Shown: positions 9,506 through 19,271, counted from the first letter of the stretch. The stretch: DNA of 44,227 nucleotides from Bacteroidota bacterium (GCA_016866375.1 VGMK01000001.1:1-44227); one strand, 5' to 3'. Program-made: numbers and translations. The notes: generated by a model from the letters alone, not told the origin.

Positions 9506-10439
9506 TACAATAGGTGATCGATCCGGGATTTTATTTTTGTCCAGACAAATATTTTGTGAGGGTGTTTCGAATGCAGAATTATTAAGAAACAAAAGTGTTA
9601 TTAATCCTGAAATTCGATTAAACCCAAAACTATCATTAAAATTTTTGATGTTCCTAGATTTAATTCATATTTCCGGTGAAGAATTTTCATTGACAAAAAA
9701 AGGTGTTTATCTCCAAAATAATTTTGAAAATACATTTTACAATAAAATAGGCTTATTGGTAATAAAACGATTAATTGATTTAAAAATACTTGATATAAAT
9801 AGTATTAAAATAGAAACAAGGGGTTCCGTTGTTTTTTACGAATTACCCGCATTTCCTTTGAATGCTGCCATATTCAGGAATTTTCTAATTGAAATCGGCT
9901 TATTACAAAACATTAAAGGGATCTATTATCTACATTTGCCTAAAGACCAAGAGGAGTCTTTTGTTAGAACTATAAGGAAAAGACATCGATTAATCTCACA
10001 AGATGAATTATTAAAAAAATTAGAGAAACAAAGAGAGCAAGGGATCATTGCCGAGAAATGGGTGGTTGAATATGAAAAGAGAAGGATTTTAAATCATGAT
10101 TTAATTGAAAAAATCAAATTAATATCAGACATTGATATTCAAGCTGGATACGACATTCTCTCATTTAATAATCGATACTCAACACATTACGATAGATGTA
10201 TTGAAGTCAAATCTTATAGTGATAATCTTCATTTTTACTGGTCTAAAAATGAATCTGAAATTGCCTTTTTAAAAGGTGATAATTATTTTTTATACCTAAT
10301 AGACATAAACAAAATAAGCAATCCAAATTACGAACCTTTAATAATTAAAAATCCAAAAAAAGTTCTTCATGAAGACAATAATTGGATTGTGGAGACTCAA
10401 ACATATTTGATATCGAAAATTCAAGGTATTGATTTCTAA
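9480..10439 (+). CDS. DUF3883 (NOV_C) PD-(D/E)xK nuclease domain protein
   Basis: C-terminal G..AE..V.EYE..R / AGYDILSF / IEVKS / FYWSKNE pattern. Confidence 0.85.
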   Translation: MLEELKQFNTIGDRSGILFLSRQIFCEGVSNAELLRNKSVINPEIRLNPKLSLKFLMFLDLIHISGEEFSLTKKGVYLQNNFENTFYNKIGLLVIKRLIDLKILDINSIKIETRGSVVFYELPAFPLNAAIFRNFLIEIGLLQNIKGIYYLHLPKDQEESFVRTIRKRHRLISQDELLKKLEKQREQGIIAEKWVVEYEKRRILNHDLIEKIKLISDIDIQAGYDILSFNNRYSTHYDRCIEVKSYSDNLHFYWSKNESEIAFLKGDNYFLYLIDINKISNPNYEPLIIKNPKKVLHEDNNWIVETQTYLISKIQGIDF

Positions 10440-10522
10440 ATTCATGAATTGGTGATGATATTATTTCTTGACTTATCAAATTCAAAAATCATACTAAATA
10501 TTTCATTTTTAAAAATGACTTG

Positions 10523-10940
10523 ATGAAATTCGGTTTCCGCATACCATCTCTAACCAAACGAATAGCAGCACGCACATCATTGAAGCTAGTTATTCGCCAC
10601 AATTTAGGTTTCAAAGCACCTAAAGGTTTTGGTTGGTTCACAAATCCAAAAAAAAGCAGCTTACAACAAAGTCTACAACAAAACATCACGAGGTTGTTTG
10701 GTCAACTTACTTTTCTTGGTTTCATTTGGTTTTCTAACATTTTCAATCCCTTCCTGCGATTTCAAGAAATCGGATAAAACAGGAGGTACTTATGTCAAAC
10801 CCTCCGTAAACTACAAAGGTCAAACACGCAAAGGTCACGTGCGCAGAAAAGTTAGCACCGATAAAAACGCCATCAAAAACCAAAATCGGTCACGGTATTA
10901 TTACCAGGCGAGGGGGAAGTATAGGAGGAAGAATTATTGA
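10523..10940 (+). pseudogene. Basic phage-type small protein gene frameshifted at an A8 run
   Basis: MKFGFRIPSLTKRIAARTS...GWFTNPKK continues in another frame as AAYNKVYNKTS; deleting one A at 10648-10655 joins the two. Confidence 0.65.
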
Positions 10941-11239
10941 GTAGCTCGTTTGGCTTGAATTTCATTTTTTTAAAGTTTGGAAAAAGAAATTACCTCGTTG
11001 GATTTTGAGGTAAATTAATTTCATATCAAACTTAGCTTGAAAAAAACATTGGATTTTACAATAAAATCATACTTAATATTCCATTAGTTAAAAAAAATCA
11101 ATATTTTTTGCAATTTTACAAATGTGATTAAATCCAATAAAAGAAGATTTTAAAGATCGGCCGTATATACTCTAAATCGCAAGAATAAGTCAATTAGTTA
11201 AAGGAAGTTGAAATACGGATTAATTTAAAATAAAGTTAA

Positions 11240-13147
11240 ATGATACTTTTCTTCGATACAGAAACAACTGGGTTGCCTAAAAACTGGAAAGCACCAGTTA
11301 CAGACTTGGATAATTGGCCTCGATTAGTCCAGTTAGCCTATTTAGTATATGATTTTGACGGAAATTTAATTCTTTCGTGCAATGAGATTATAAAACCTAA
11401 TGGATTCATAATTCCGACTGACGCCTCAAAAGTTCATGGAATTACCACTGAAATTGCGAATCAAAGAGGCAGTAAAATTGAAGAAGTATTTGAATTATTC
11501 TCCATTCATTTAAGTCGAGCAAAAGTTGTTGTTGCCCATAATATGGCATACGATGAAAAAATTATAGGTTCGGAATTGATTCGTTTGGGCTTTCATAATA
11601 TCCTTGATGATAAAGAAAAAATTTGTACAATGATCTCAACTGTAGATCTGTGCAAAATCGATGGTCCGTATGGCTATAAATGGCCAAGATTGGAGGAATT
11701 ACATCGTTTTTTGTTTAAACACGATTTCGATGGTGCACATGATGCCTTGGCAGATATTCAGGCAACGGCGAAGTGTTTTTGGGAGTTGAAAAAGCAACAG
11801 ATTATTGAAGTAAACAATAGATCCATACCAACGATTTCTAAGTCTTTAATGGAAAAAATCAAGAAAGCCATATGGCTTGATGAAAATAGAGAAGTCGATG
11901 AAGAAAGTATTGAAATAGGTGGGCAGATTTGGACTAAAAGAAACCTAAATGTTGATTGTTTTAGAAATGGAGACTTAATACAAGAAGCGAGAAGTAATGA
12001 AGAATGGCAAAAAGCATCAGATGAAAAAAAACCAGCTTGGTGTTACTATGATAATGACCCAGTCAACGGGAAAAAATATGGTAAATTATACAATTGGTAT
12101 GCGGTCAACGATCCAAGAGGGTTGGCTCCTGAGGGATGGTCAATTCCCACTATAGAAGAATGGGAGATTTTAAGGGATGAACTTGGAGAAAATTATACCA
12201 CAAAAATTATAGATTGTGCTGATTGGTTAGATTGTCCTGACTGGATTGAAAATTCGGATGAGATTAATAATAGTGGTTTTTCTGGATTACCAGGAGGGGG
12301 AAGAATGGTAAATGGAGTTTTTTACAATAACATAAAAAAAGAGTATCTATATTTTTATGAATTCGATTTATTCAAACGTAGTCGTAGAGATAGAAATGAA
12401 CTAGGTAAAGATGCTACTTGGTGGACTTCATCAGAGTGTTTCGATTATGAATTGCCAGGAGTAACAAAAAAAGAGATGGCTAAATGTTTTATGATTAATG
12501 ATTTTCTTTTTGAACTACTTATGGGTAATTCTAACATCAGAGAAAAAGGCAAAGGATTCTCTGTTCGCTGCATTAAATCAAAAAAATATAATAATGAAGA
12601 GTTTTTAAGGATTAACGGAAAAATTTGGATGAAGAATAATCTGAATGTTGAACGTTTTCGTAATGGCGATATAATTTTTGAAGCAAAAACCGATGAGGAA
12701 TGGAAAAGAGCGGGAGAATTAGGAATTCCTGCATGGTGCTACTATAAAAATGACAATGACATAGGCAGAATAAATGGTAAACTATACAATTGGTTTGCGG
12801 TAAATGATCCTCGTGAATTAGCTCCTGAAGGTTGGCGTGTGCCTTCGAAACAAGACTGGTTAGAATTAGAATCCTTTTATGATTGGAGATGGGAACATGA
12901 TGATGATCCACAGTTTCATCCTACATGGATTTTATGGAAAGAAATGAGAATAAACACTGAAGGTTATCGAGGACCCGTTGATTTTGATACGGATGCTATA
13001 GGTTACTGTCTTTGGTGGACTTCTTCTATTGTGGAAAATGATGATTCATCAGCTTACATCTTTAACTATGAACCTTATTGGTCGATAAGTTTGTCCAACT
13101 CATTTTTAACCTGCGGAATTTATGTTAGATGCATAGAGGATATTTAA
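11240..13147 (+). CDS. DEDDh 3'-5' exonuclease fused to two FISUMP (Fib_succ_major) domains
   Basis: FFDTETTG, VAHNMAYD, HDALAD; then two units of IGGQIW..NL.V/YGKLYNW.AV/LAPEGW..P..EW/WWTSS/VRCI. Confidence 0.88.
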   Translation: MILFFDTETTGLPKNWKAPVTDLDNWPRLVQLAYLVYDFDGNLILSCNEIIKPNGFIIPTDASKVHGITTEIANQRGSKIEEVFELFSIHLSRAKVVVAHNMAYDEKIIGSELIRLGFHNILDDKEKICTMISTVDLCKIDGPYGYKWPRLEELHRFLFKHDFDGAHDALADIQATAKCFWELKKQQIIEVNNRSIPTISKSLMEKIKKAIWLDENREVDEESIEIGGQIWTKRNLNVDCFRNGDLIQEARSNEEWQKASDEKKPAWCYYDNDPVNGKKYGKLYNWYAVNDPRGLAPEGWSIPTIEEWEILRDELGENYTTKIIDCADWLDCPDWIENSDEINNSGFSGLPGGGRMVNGVFYNNIKKEYLYFYEFDLFKRSRRDRNELGKDATWWTSSECFDYELPGVTKKEMAKCFMINDFLFELLMGNSNIREKGKGFSVRCIKSKKYNNEEFLRINGKIWMKNNLNVERFRNGDIIFEAKTDEEWKRAGELGIPAWCYYKNDNDIGRINGKLYNWFAVNDPRELAPEGWRVPSKQDWLELESFYDWRWEHDDDPQFHPTWILWKEMRINTEGYRGPVDFDTDAIGYCLWWTSSIVENDDSSAYIFNYEPYWSISLSNSFLTCGIYVRCIEDI

Positions 13148-13280
13148 TCTAATTAAGAAGGTTCTTATACTAGGTTATCTAAAGAACTGAGATAGAAGCG
13201 TACTTTAAGAAATTACTTTTATTTTGAATCCATTAAGAAATACTTGTAATTTATAACTTTCAATTCAATAAAAATAAAGG

Positions 13281-15050
13281 ATGAGAACTAAAAACATTAA
13301 TCAGAACTTGCTTTCGTTGTTTGCTCGACATCCAAAATATTTGTTAAGGTTACTTTTCACTTATTATCCAATTTCTAATGAACAAATAGTAAAGTTCAAA
13401 GGCGAAGTGAAATGGGGGTATTTGTCTTCCAATACAGCAAGAAGTTGGGATCAATCCTTCATTGAAGAATACTCAGATCAGTTGAATTGGGACACATTGT
13501 CGGGAAATCCGTCATTGCCTTGGTCAATGTCTTTTCTAAAAGCATTCTCAGGAAGGTTTAAGGGCTCTATTCAAACTACGAATCCTTCATTGCCATGGTC
13601 ATATGAATTCATAACGAAATACGAGAAATTTTGGAATTTTTATTCACTTCCATTAAATGAGGGGATTCCATGGACACAAGAACTTATATTACATCCAAAA
13701 ATCATTGATAAAAATCTTTCAACTGTTAACGGTCAAAACCTTTGGACGGAAGAATTTTTGCTTCAAAATGCAGCAATATTACCTTGGCATTTTTTATGCG
13801 CGAATCCCTACATTTCATGGACAGAGAAATTGATTGATCAATTATCACCTTTTTGGAAAAAGGAAGAGAAAGAAAGCAATGAGTATTCTGTTTCGCCATG
13901 GAAAGGACTTTGCTCCAACCCTTCAGTTCCATGGACGACAAAATGGATTAAGAAATATCAAAAATCCTTTTTTAGACCCTTTGGCATTCATTGGAAAGAG
14001 TTAAGTAGAAATCCAAATTTGCCTTGGCAAGAGGAAAATCTGTTAGAGATTTATAAAAATAAATGGAATTGGGACCTGCTCTCTGTTAACGACGGCGTAG
14101 GTTTTACAGAAGAACAAATCGAAAAACACAAAGACCTTCTTACTTGGGATTCAGGTAGTGGAAGCAATCAAAATATCGCATCTAATACCAATCTACCATG
14201 GAGTGTCGAATTTATCAATAAGTACAAGCATAAATGGCATTGGTGGAGTTTATCTCGAAATCCTGGTGTCAATTGGACGGAAGAAATGATTTCCGAATTT
14301 GAAGAAAATATTATTTGGCAATCGATGGCAAACAACATCAATTTACCTTGGTCGTTGGATTTTATTTTGAAATACGAAAAAGAACTATTCAAAAGTTGGA
14401 CTTCGACGAACAGTGACTTTGATCAACATATTTGGGCAAAAGTATTTGAACCATTAATTACAGACGAAATAGCCGAACAGATACTATACAATTTATCTAA
14501 TCCATTTCAGGCCATCAAAAACTACAAGCCAGAATCAGATGATACAAATATTCCTCAAAAGAACCTTGAAATATTGACCCGTTTAATATTAAACATCAAC
14601 TCTCAAACGAACCCTTACATTTCGAATTTTTCCAAAATAGATTTGTTTCTATCGGCAATTCAAACAGCAATGTCACAAATTCTTGTTGCGGATGAAAATG
14701 AGTTGAAAATTGAACTTAAATTATTGACGCAATTATATCAAGAATCCGACGAGCCAACAAAAAAATACCTCAACAATTTATCCGCTGAGGTACACGAAGA
14801 GATACGTGTTCTTTTTGCTGGATATGGTATTGACAAAATTGCTCGAGAAGTTGTTTTGAAACAAAACGAAATGAACGAAACCTATATGGAATTTGCTCGT
14901 CAAGGTGGACATATTACACAAGATTTTTCTTTCCTACATTCATTCATTAGAAAGTATGGCAAAAGGCATTTAGAGTTAGCGAGGTTGTGGGTGCTTTTGG
15001 ATGCGTTGCTGCAAAAAAACACGAAATACGCTGTGAAGAGACAGCAATAG
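13281..15050 (+). CDS. Trp-rich ~25-aa repeat protein with helical C-terminal domain
   Basis: About 12 copies of W..LS.NP.LPW(S/T).(E/D)FI.KY. Confidence 0.8.
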   Translation: MRTKNINQNLLSLFARHPKYLLRLLFTYYPISNEQIVKFKGEVKWGYLSSNTARSWDQSFIEEYSDQLNWDTLSGNPSLPWSMSFLKAFSGRFKGSIQTTNPSLPWSYEFITKYEKFWNFYSLPLNEGIPWTQELILHPKIIDKNLSTVNGQNLWTEEFLLQNAAILPWHFLCANPYISWTEKLIDQLSPFWKKEEKESNEYSVSPWKGLCSNPSVPWTTKWIKKYQKSFFRPFGIHWKELSRNPNLPWQEENLLEIYKNKWNWDLLSVNDGVGFTEEQIEKHKDLLTWDSGSGSNQNIASNTNLPWSVEFINKYKHKWHWWSLSRNPGVNWTEEMISEFEENIIWQSMANNINLPWSLDFILKYEKELFKSWTSTNSDFDQHIWAKVFEPLITDEIAEQILYNLSNPFQAIKNYKPESDDTNIPQKNLEILTRLILNINSQTNPYISNFSKIDLFLSAIQTAMSQILVADENELKIELKLLTQLYQESDEPTKKYLNNLSAEVHEEIRVLFAGYGIDKIAREVVLKQNEMNETYMEFARQGGHITQDFSFLHSFIRKYGKRHLELARLWVLLDALLQKNTKYAVKRQQ

Positions 15051-15114
15051 ATATTCAAGCTAAAGAAAACTCAAAAAGGTAACCAGGTATTAATATGAGA
15101 AAAGTAAGGTAAAA

Positions 15115-16653
15115 ATGGATGATCAATTAACTTTTTTATTTATGGATTATGAAACATTTAATAGTAATCCGAAAGGAGGTCGTGTTTCTCAATATGCCTC
15201 GATTAGAACAAATTATGCTCTAGAAATTCAAAAAGATTCTGCAAAAAATTATTTTTGCCTTCAATCCAAGGATAATATACCATCACCTTCTGCTGCTCTT
15301 ATAACAAAATTGACCCCACAAAAAATTGAAAGAATTAAAAATGGTATAGAGCCACTTCCTGCATCTACTTTTAATGTGATTCCTGAGGTTTATAATGAAT
15401 ATTGGTTTATTTCTCATATCGAATATGATATGTCCTTACCCAAGACATGTACTCTAGGATATAATAGTTTCAAGTTTGATGATGAGTTTACAAGAAATTT
15501 ACTTTATAGAAATCTTCGCGATCCATATGAAAGGGAATGGTCTAACAATAATTCAAGATTCGATGTATACTTTTTAGTTTTAGCTACTTATGTCTTGAAA
15601 CCCGAAATTTTAAATTTCCCTCAAGCTCGAGATAAAGAAAACAATGAATTACTTTATCATTCGAAAACAAATTTACCTTTACCTAGCTTTCGTTTAGAGG
15701 ACCTATCCATTGCAAATAAAATATCTCATACAAATGCCCATGATGCATTTAGTGATGTTGAAGCAACAATTGAAATAATGAAAATTATTAAGAACGCTGA
15801 TGAATATTTTTTTGAAGAAATTTTTTCATTAAGAAAAAAGAAAAATGTTAACGACTGGCTAAATAAAAACAACAATAAACCCTTTATTCATATAAGCCAA
15901 TATTACGGTAAAGAAAACTATTCTATGGGTATTCTATACCAAATAGCGAATAATCATAGAGCATACTTATGTTTAAATCTATCACATGATGTTCAACCGC
16001 TTATTGATTTAGAAGGTGAAGATTTAGAAAATTATTTATTTCCGAAAGAAACTTTTGAATACAAAAAAAATGTTGTAATTATATATAATAATCAGTGCCC
16101 AATTCTAGCAAATGTTTCGGAATATGCTGAAAGACTAAAGTCATTTAATTTAGACCGCGAAAAAATGTCTAAAAACCTAAATTTAATTCGCGAAAACATT
16201 AATCCACTTTCAGCCAAATTAAAACCACTTTATTTTAAAGATTTTCCTTTATCAACTGATAAAATTGATTCAGATTTAAAAATTTACTCTGGAGGATTTT
16301 TTTCAGATTTAGAAAGAGACAGCATTAGTCAATTCCATTGTGCAATTACAATGAATAATAATTCTTTTTCAATTCAAAACATGGCTTCACCTCGTTTAAA
16401 GGAAATGGCATTAAAAATAATTGCTCGCAACTTTCCTGATAAATTAACGGAAGAAGAAAAAAAATGGTGGTTTAACTACTCTCGAAATAGAATTTCGAAT
16501 AAAGAAATCGGATCGGAATATACAATTGATGATTGTACAAATGAAATTTCTGAACTTTTCAAAAAACAACTTAAAATTGATGAAATGTTCATTTTAGCGG
16601 AATTACGAGAGTATGTAAATTCTCTTAAACGATATTATCAATTGACATCTTAA
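15115..16653 (+). CDS. sbcB: Exodeoxyribonuclease I (ExoI/SbcB-like)
   Basis: DYETF..P...R..Q.A.IRT, GYNS..FDDEFTR...YRN..DPY..EW, SFRLE.L..AN.I.H..AHDA.SDV.AT, IY.GGFFS, ARNFP. Confidence 0.9.
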   Translation: MDDQLTFLFMDYETFNSNPKGGRVSQYASIRTNYALEIQKDSAKNYFCLQSKDNIPSPSAALITKLTPQKIERIKNGIEPLPASTFNVIPEVYNEYWFISHIEYDMSLPKTCTLGYNSFKFDDEFTRNLLYRNLRDPYEREWSNNNSRFDVYFLVLATYVLKPEILNFPQARDKENNELLYHSKTNLPLPSFRLEDLSIANKISHTNAHDAFSDVEATIEIMKIIKNADEYFFEEIFSLRKKKNVNDWLNKNNNKPFIHISQYYGKENYSMGILYQIANNHRAYLCLNLSHDVQPLIDLEGEDLENYLFPKETFEYKKNVVIIYNNQCPILANVSEYAERLKSFNLDREKMSKNLNLIRENINPLSAKLKPLYFKDFPLSTDKIDSDLKIYSGGFFSDLERDSISQFHCAITMNNNSFSIQNMASPRLKEMALKIIARNFPDKLTEEEKKWWFNYSRNRISNKEIGSEYTIDDCTNEISELFKKQLKIDEMFILAELREYVNSLKRYYQLTS

Positions 16654-16676
16654 GTCATTCTAATTCATAGCATTTC

Positions 16677-16832
16677 TCATTTCGAATTTTGTTGTTCTAA
16701 TTTCTTTTGATATTCATATTCTTCTTCAAGTCTAATTTGATATAGATCATAATCATCAAAATTTTCGAAAAGTTCTATGTTTTGAAGATATAACTCATCC
16801 CCAAGATGTAATTTATTTTTTGGGTTTTCCAT
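16677..16832 (-). CDS. Small acidic hypothetical protein
   Basis: 51-aa ORF from ATG at 16832; no motif recognised. Confidence 0.35.
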   Translation of the reverse strand: MENPKNKLHLGDELYLQNIELFENFDDYDLYQIRLEEEYEYQKKLEQQNSK

Positions 16833-16950
16833 ATTTAAAATCAATTTCTTTTTAAAATTACATAATAATATCAAGGAAATTTTGACGGCCGTTTTCGAAC
16901 GAAAAATATACTGTCAAAAAAGGTGTATAATAGAAATCGGATGAAACGTG

Positions 16951-17000
16951 AAACCCCGTTATAAAGCGTTGAAACATGTTAAAAGCCGTTAAAAGCCGTT
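16951..17000. repeat. Five 10-bp phased units ending in GTT
   Basis: AAACCCCGTT ATAAAGCGTT GAAACATGTT AAAAGCCGTT AAAAGCCGTT. Confidence 0.6.
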
Positions 17001-17054
17001 TGACAGAATTTTTTTATAACTTTTGTAGTCAATTAAGAAACAACAGAATCTCAC

Positions 17055-17435
17055 ATGAAATTAACTAAAACAGAATTTGGTTTAATAATAATTCTCATTT
17101 CAATCTCAATTATTGGTTTTATGCTTAAGTTGCCTGCTGTTTTTAGACATCATGACCGTGAACTACATTTTCTATTTTACCTTCTAACAGCCCTATTTTT
17201 TTATCTGAATTTTGGTAAGAACAAATTGATTAACCATGTTATTATATTCATTTTATTACTGATTTTTGGAATTGGAATCGAGGCAATGCAAGAATTATCC
17301 AATCAAATTTTGAACAAGAAAATCCATGGGAATTTCGATCCGTTAGATGTGTTATTTAATGTGTTTGGACTTTTTGTAGCAACACTTTTTTGGGCAGTTT
17401 CTTATATAGTCAAAATAATCATAAACAAAAAATAG
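17055..17435 (+). CDS. VanZ-family membrane protein
   Basis: D..LHF.FY..L, G..IE..Q, FD..D...N..G motifs in TM helices. Confidence 0.8.
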   Translation: MKLTKTEFGLIIILISISIIGFMLKLPAVFRHHDRELHFLFYLLTALFFYLNFGKNKLINHVIIFILLLIFGIGIEAMQELSNQILNKKIHGNFDPLDVLFNVFGLFVATLFWAVSYIVKIIINKK

Positions 17436-17611
17436 AATACAAAATGAAAACAAGGGGTTGTTTGATTTGACTGAAGCCGAATGGAAAATTGTAGAGGGCT
17501 TGAACACCCATATTCCGGGAAGTTTCAGAAGCGTTATTAGTTTGAATAGCATGTTTTTTAATCCTAGGCAATATTGCTTACACGCTGTTATTGTTAGTTG
17601 ACATTGAATTG

Positions 17612-18751
17612 TTAAAATTTGAAAATGTCAGGCTCACGCTTCTCAATCATCTTTATAAGCTCATCATCACCATAATCTCCAAAATGCGGATAAATATACT
17701 TTGTTACTTTCGATCCTATTTTCTGATCGTTTATTAAACTGTATACATCTAAAGTATAACGAGTTTCACCAGACCAATGGGACTCTGGGTTTATTCGAAT
17801 TCCATTTATATAAATTTTCTTTTGTGGAAGAAAATATGTGAATTCATAACCCCCTGTACTGACATTAATACTTTGCGACTGAATTAACTTTTCATCAGAA
17901 ATGTCCAAATCATAATATTGAATACTTCCACCAGATCCGCATCCAGAACTTAACAACCCCATTAAACGGCGCATTTTTGACCCAAGATCGAATTCTAGAT
18001 ATCCACCGAAAGAATTACCGTTTAACTCATTTGGATGAAAGTTTTTGAATGTTTCTCGTCCAAGATTATCAAAAATTACATAACCGAAATCCTCGGGACA
18101 CTGAACATTTAAATCTTCGGTAATTGGCGTGAAAAAATAAAAATGATAACTATTCTTCTCATTAAATTTAACAATTAGCGAATCGGTAACAATTTGTATT
18201 TCTTGTTTGAAATCCAGATATACTGTCGAATAATATTTCCCTTCATTAGGAATGTAAATTGGTTGTCTGTATTTGTATGGGAAAATAAAATTATTCGGAT
18301 TCGGTCGTTTTAACAGGCGAATACTATCGCCTAGTTCCAGAATTTTAATCTTTAGCTGATCAATCTCTTCATCTTTAGTTGCAGTTTCCAATTTACTTGA
18401 GTTTAACTCTTTTTGTAAACTAACTATACTAGTATTTAGTTCGTTGATTTTAACGAGATATTTAATCTTAAGCTGATCAATCTCTTCATCTTTAGTTGCA
18501 GTTTCCAATTTACTTGAGTTTAACTCTTTTTGTAAACTATCTATACTAGTATTTAGTTCGTTGATTTTAACGAGATATTCTGAGATAGAATTATTTTGAT
18601 TTAATATCACCTGTTTTAAACTGTCAGCATACATATTTAAGGATATTATTTGTTCTTTTTTTGTTTGTGAAAAAGAATCAATAAAAACTATAATAAACCC
18701 GAAAAATAAAATAATGGGCTTAAATTGGATGGACGTTTTAGCTATTATCAT
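17612..18751 (-). CDS. Exported coiled-coil hypothetical protein
   Basis: Signal-like N-terminus then SQTKKEQI, coiled coil with a duplicated 39-aa unit, globular C-terminus with SGCGSG. ATG at 18751. Confidence 0.75.
   Translation of the reverse strand: MIIAKTSIQFKPIILFFGFIIVFIDSFSQTKKEQIISLNMYADSLKQVILNQNNSISEYLVKINELNTSIDSLQKELNSSKLETATKDEEIDQLKIKYLVKINELNTSIVSLQKELNSSKLETATKDEEIDQLKIKILELGDSIRLLKRPNPNNFIFPYKYRQPIYIPNEGKYYSTVYLDFKQEIQIVTDSLIVKFNEKNSYHFYFFTPITEDLNVQCPEDFGYVIFDNLGRETFKNFHPNELNGNSFGGYLEFDLGSKMRRLMGLLSSGCGSGGSIQYYDLDISDEKLIQSQSINVSTGGYEFTYFLPQKKIYINGIRINPESHWSGETRYTLDVYSLINDQKIGSKVTKYIYPHFGDYGDDELIKMIEKREPDIFKF
18344..18577. repeat. Intragenic 117-bp tandem duplication
   Basis: 18344-18460 and 18461-18577 are nearly identical, encoding YLVKINELNTSI(D/V)SLQKELNSSKLETATKDEEIDQLKIK twice. 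Confidence 0.95.
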
Positions 18752-18812
18752 ATTAAATTCAATTAACACTAACTCGTTGCTAACCGTTATAAGAGTAACT
18801 ACACAACAATGA

Positions 18813-18820
18813 CAAAGGTA
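18813..18820 (-). promoter_or_regulatory. Bacteroidota -7 promoter element (TACCTTTG, minus strand)
   Basis: TAnnTTTG about 60 bp upstream of the ATG at 18751. Confidence 0.45.
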
Positions 18821-19118
18821 CGTCAAAAACTAATTTCTTAATAATCAACAGCCTAAACTACCCACCAAAACAATCCCGATGGAGATGGAGACACCACTGC
18901 CAAAGATTGAAAAACATAACCTTACGATTGGTGCTATCAGGCGAGGAAGTCAATTGAGAATGAATATAACGCGCATGACGTTCGCCTAATACTCAAAATA
19001 AAATCGATCCTATAGAAAGCGTAAAATATTTAAAAAATAATTCAATCATTAACGACAATTTTTTGGTATAAGATAAGAATAATATTTTTCTTATTATTTT
19101 TGTCAAAAAAGTCAATCT

Positions 19119-19271
19119 ATGAAATATGAATTAGCCGTTGGATATTCACAACAATCCTTAGAATTATGTGTCAAGTCAATGATTTCAAATGGTTGGCAAC
19201 CTATTGGTGGGGTGTCTGTAATCGCTGACGAAGGGGGTTTAATGTTTTATCAAGCCATGATTTGTCAGTAG
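19119..19271 (+). CDS. Small DUF1737-like protein (not in ORF track)
   Basis: Manual translation MKYELAVGYSQQSLELCVKSMISNGWQPIGGVSVIADEGGLMFYQAMICQ*; GWQP.GG...FYQAM pattern; abuts the next GTG. Confidence 0.7.
   Translation: MKYELAVGYSQQSLELCVKSMISNGWQPIGGVSVIADEGGLMFYQAMICQ

Larger units (their letters stand above)
92..10439. mobile_element. Integrative element/defence island at tRNA-Gln; right boundary undetermined and may extend much further
   Basis: Integrase abutting the tRNA 3' end, followed by regulators and a restriction/defence operon. No attR identified. Confidence 0.6.

Noticed and set aside
4026..10439. DISARM class 2 or BREX assignment
   Set aside because: No DrmA/DrmB/PLD or PglZ/BrxC/PglX-like genes recognised.
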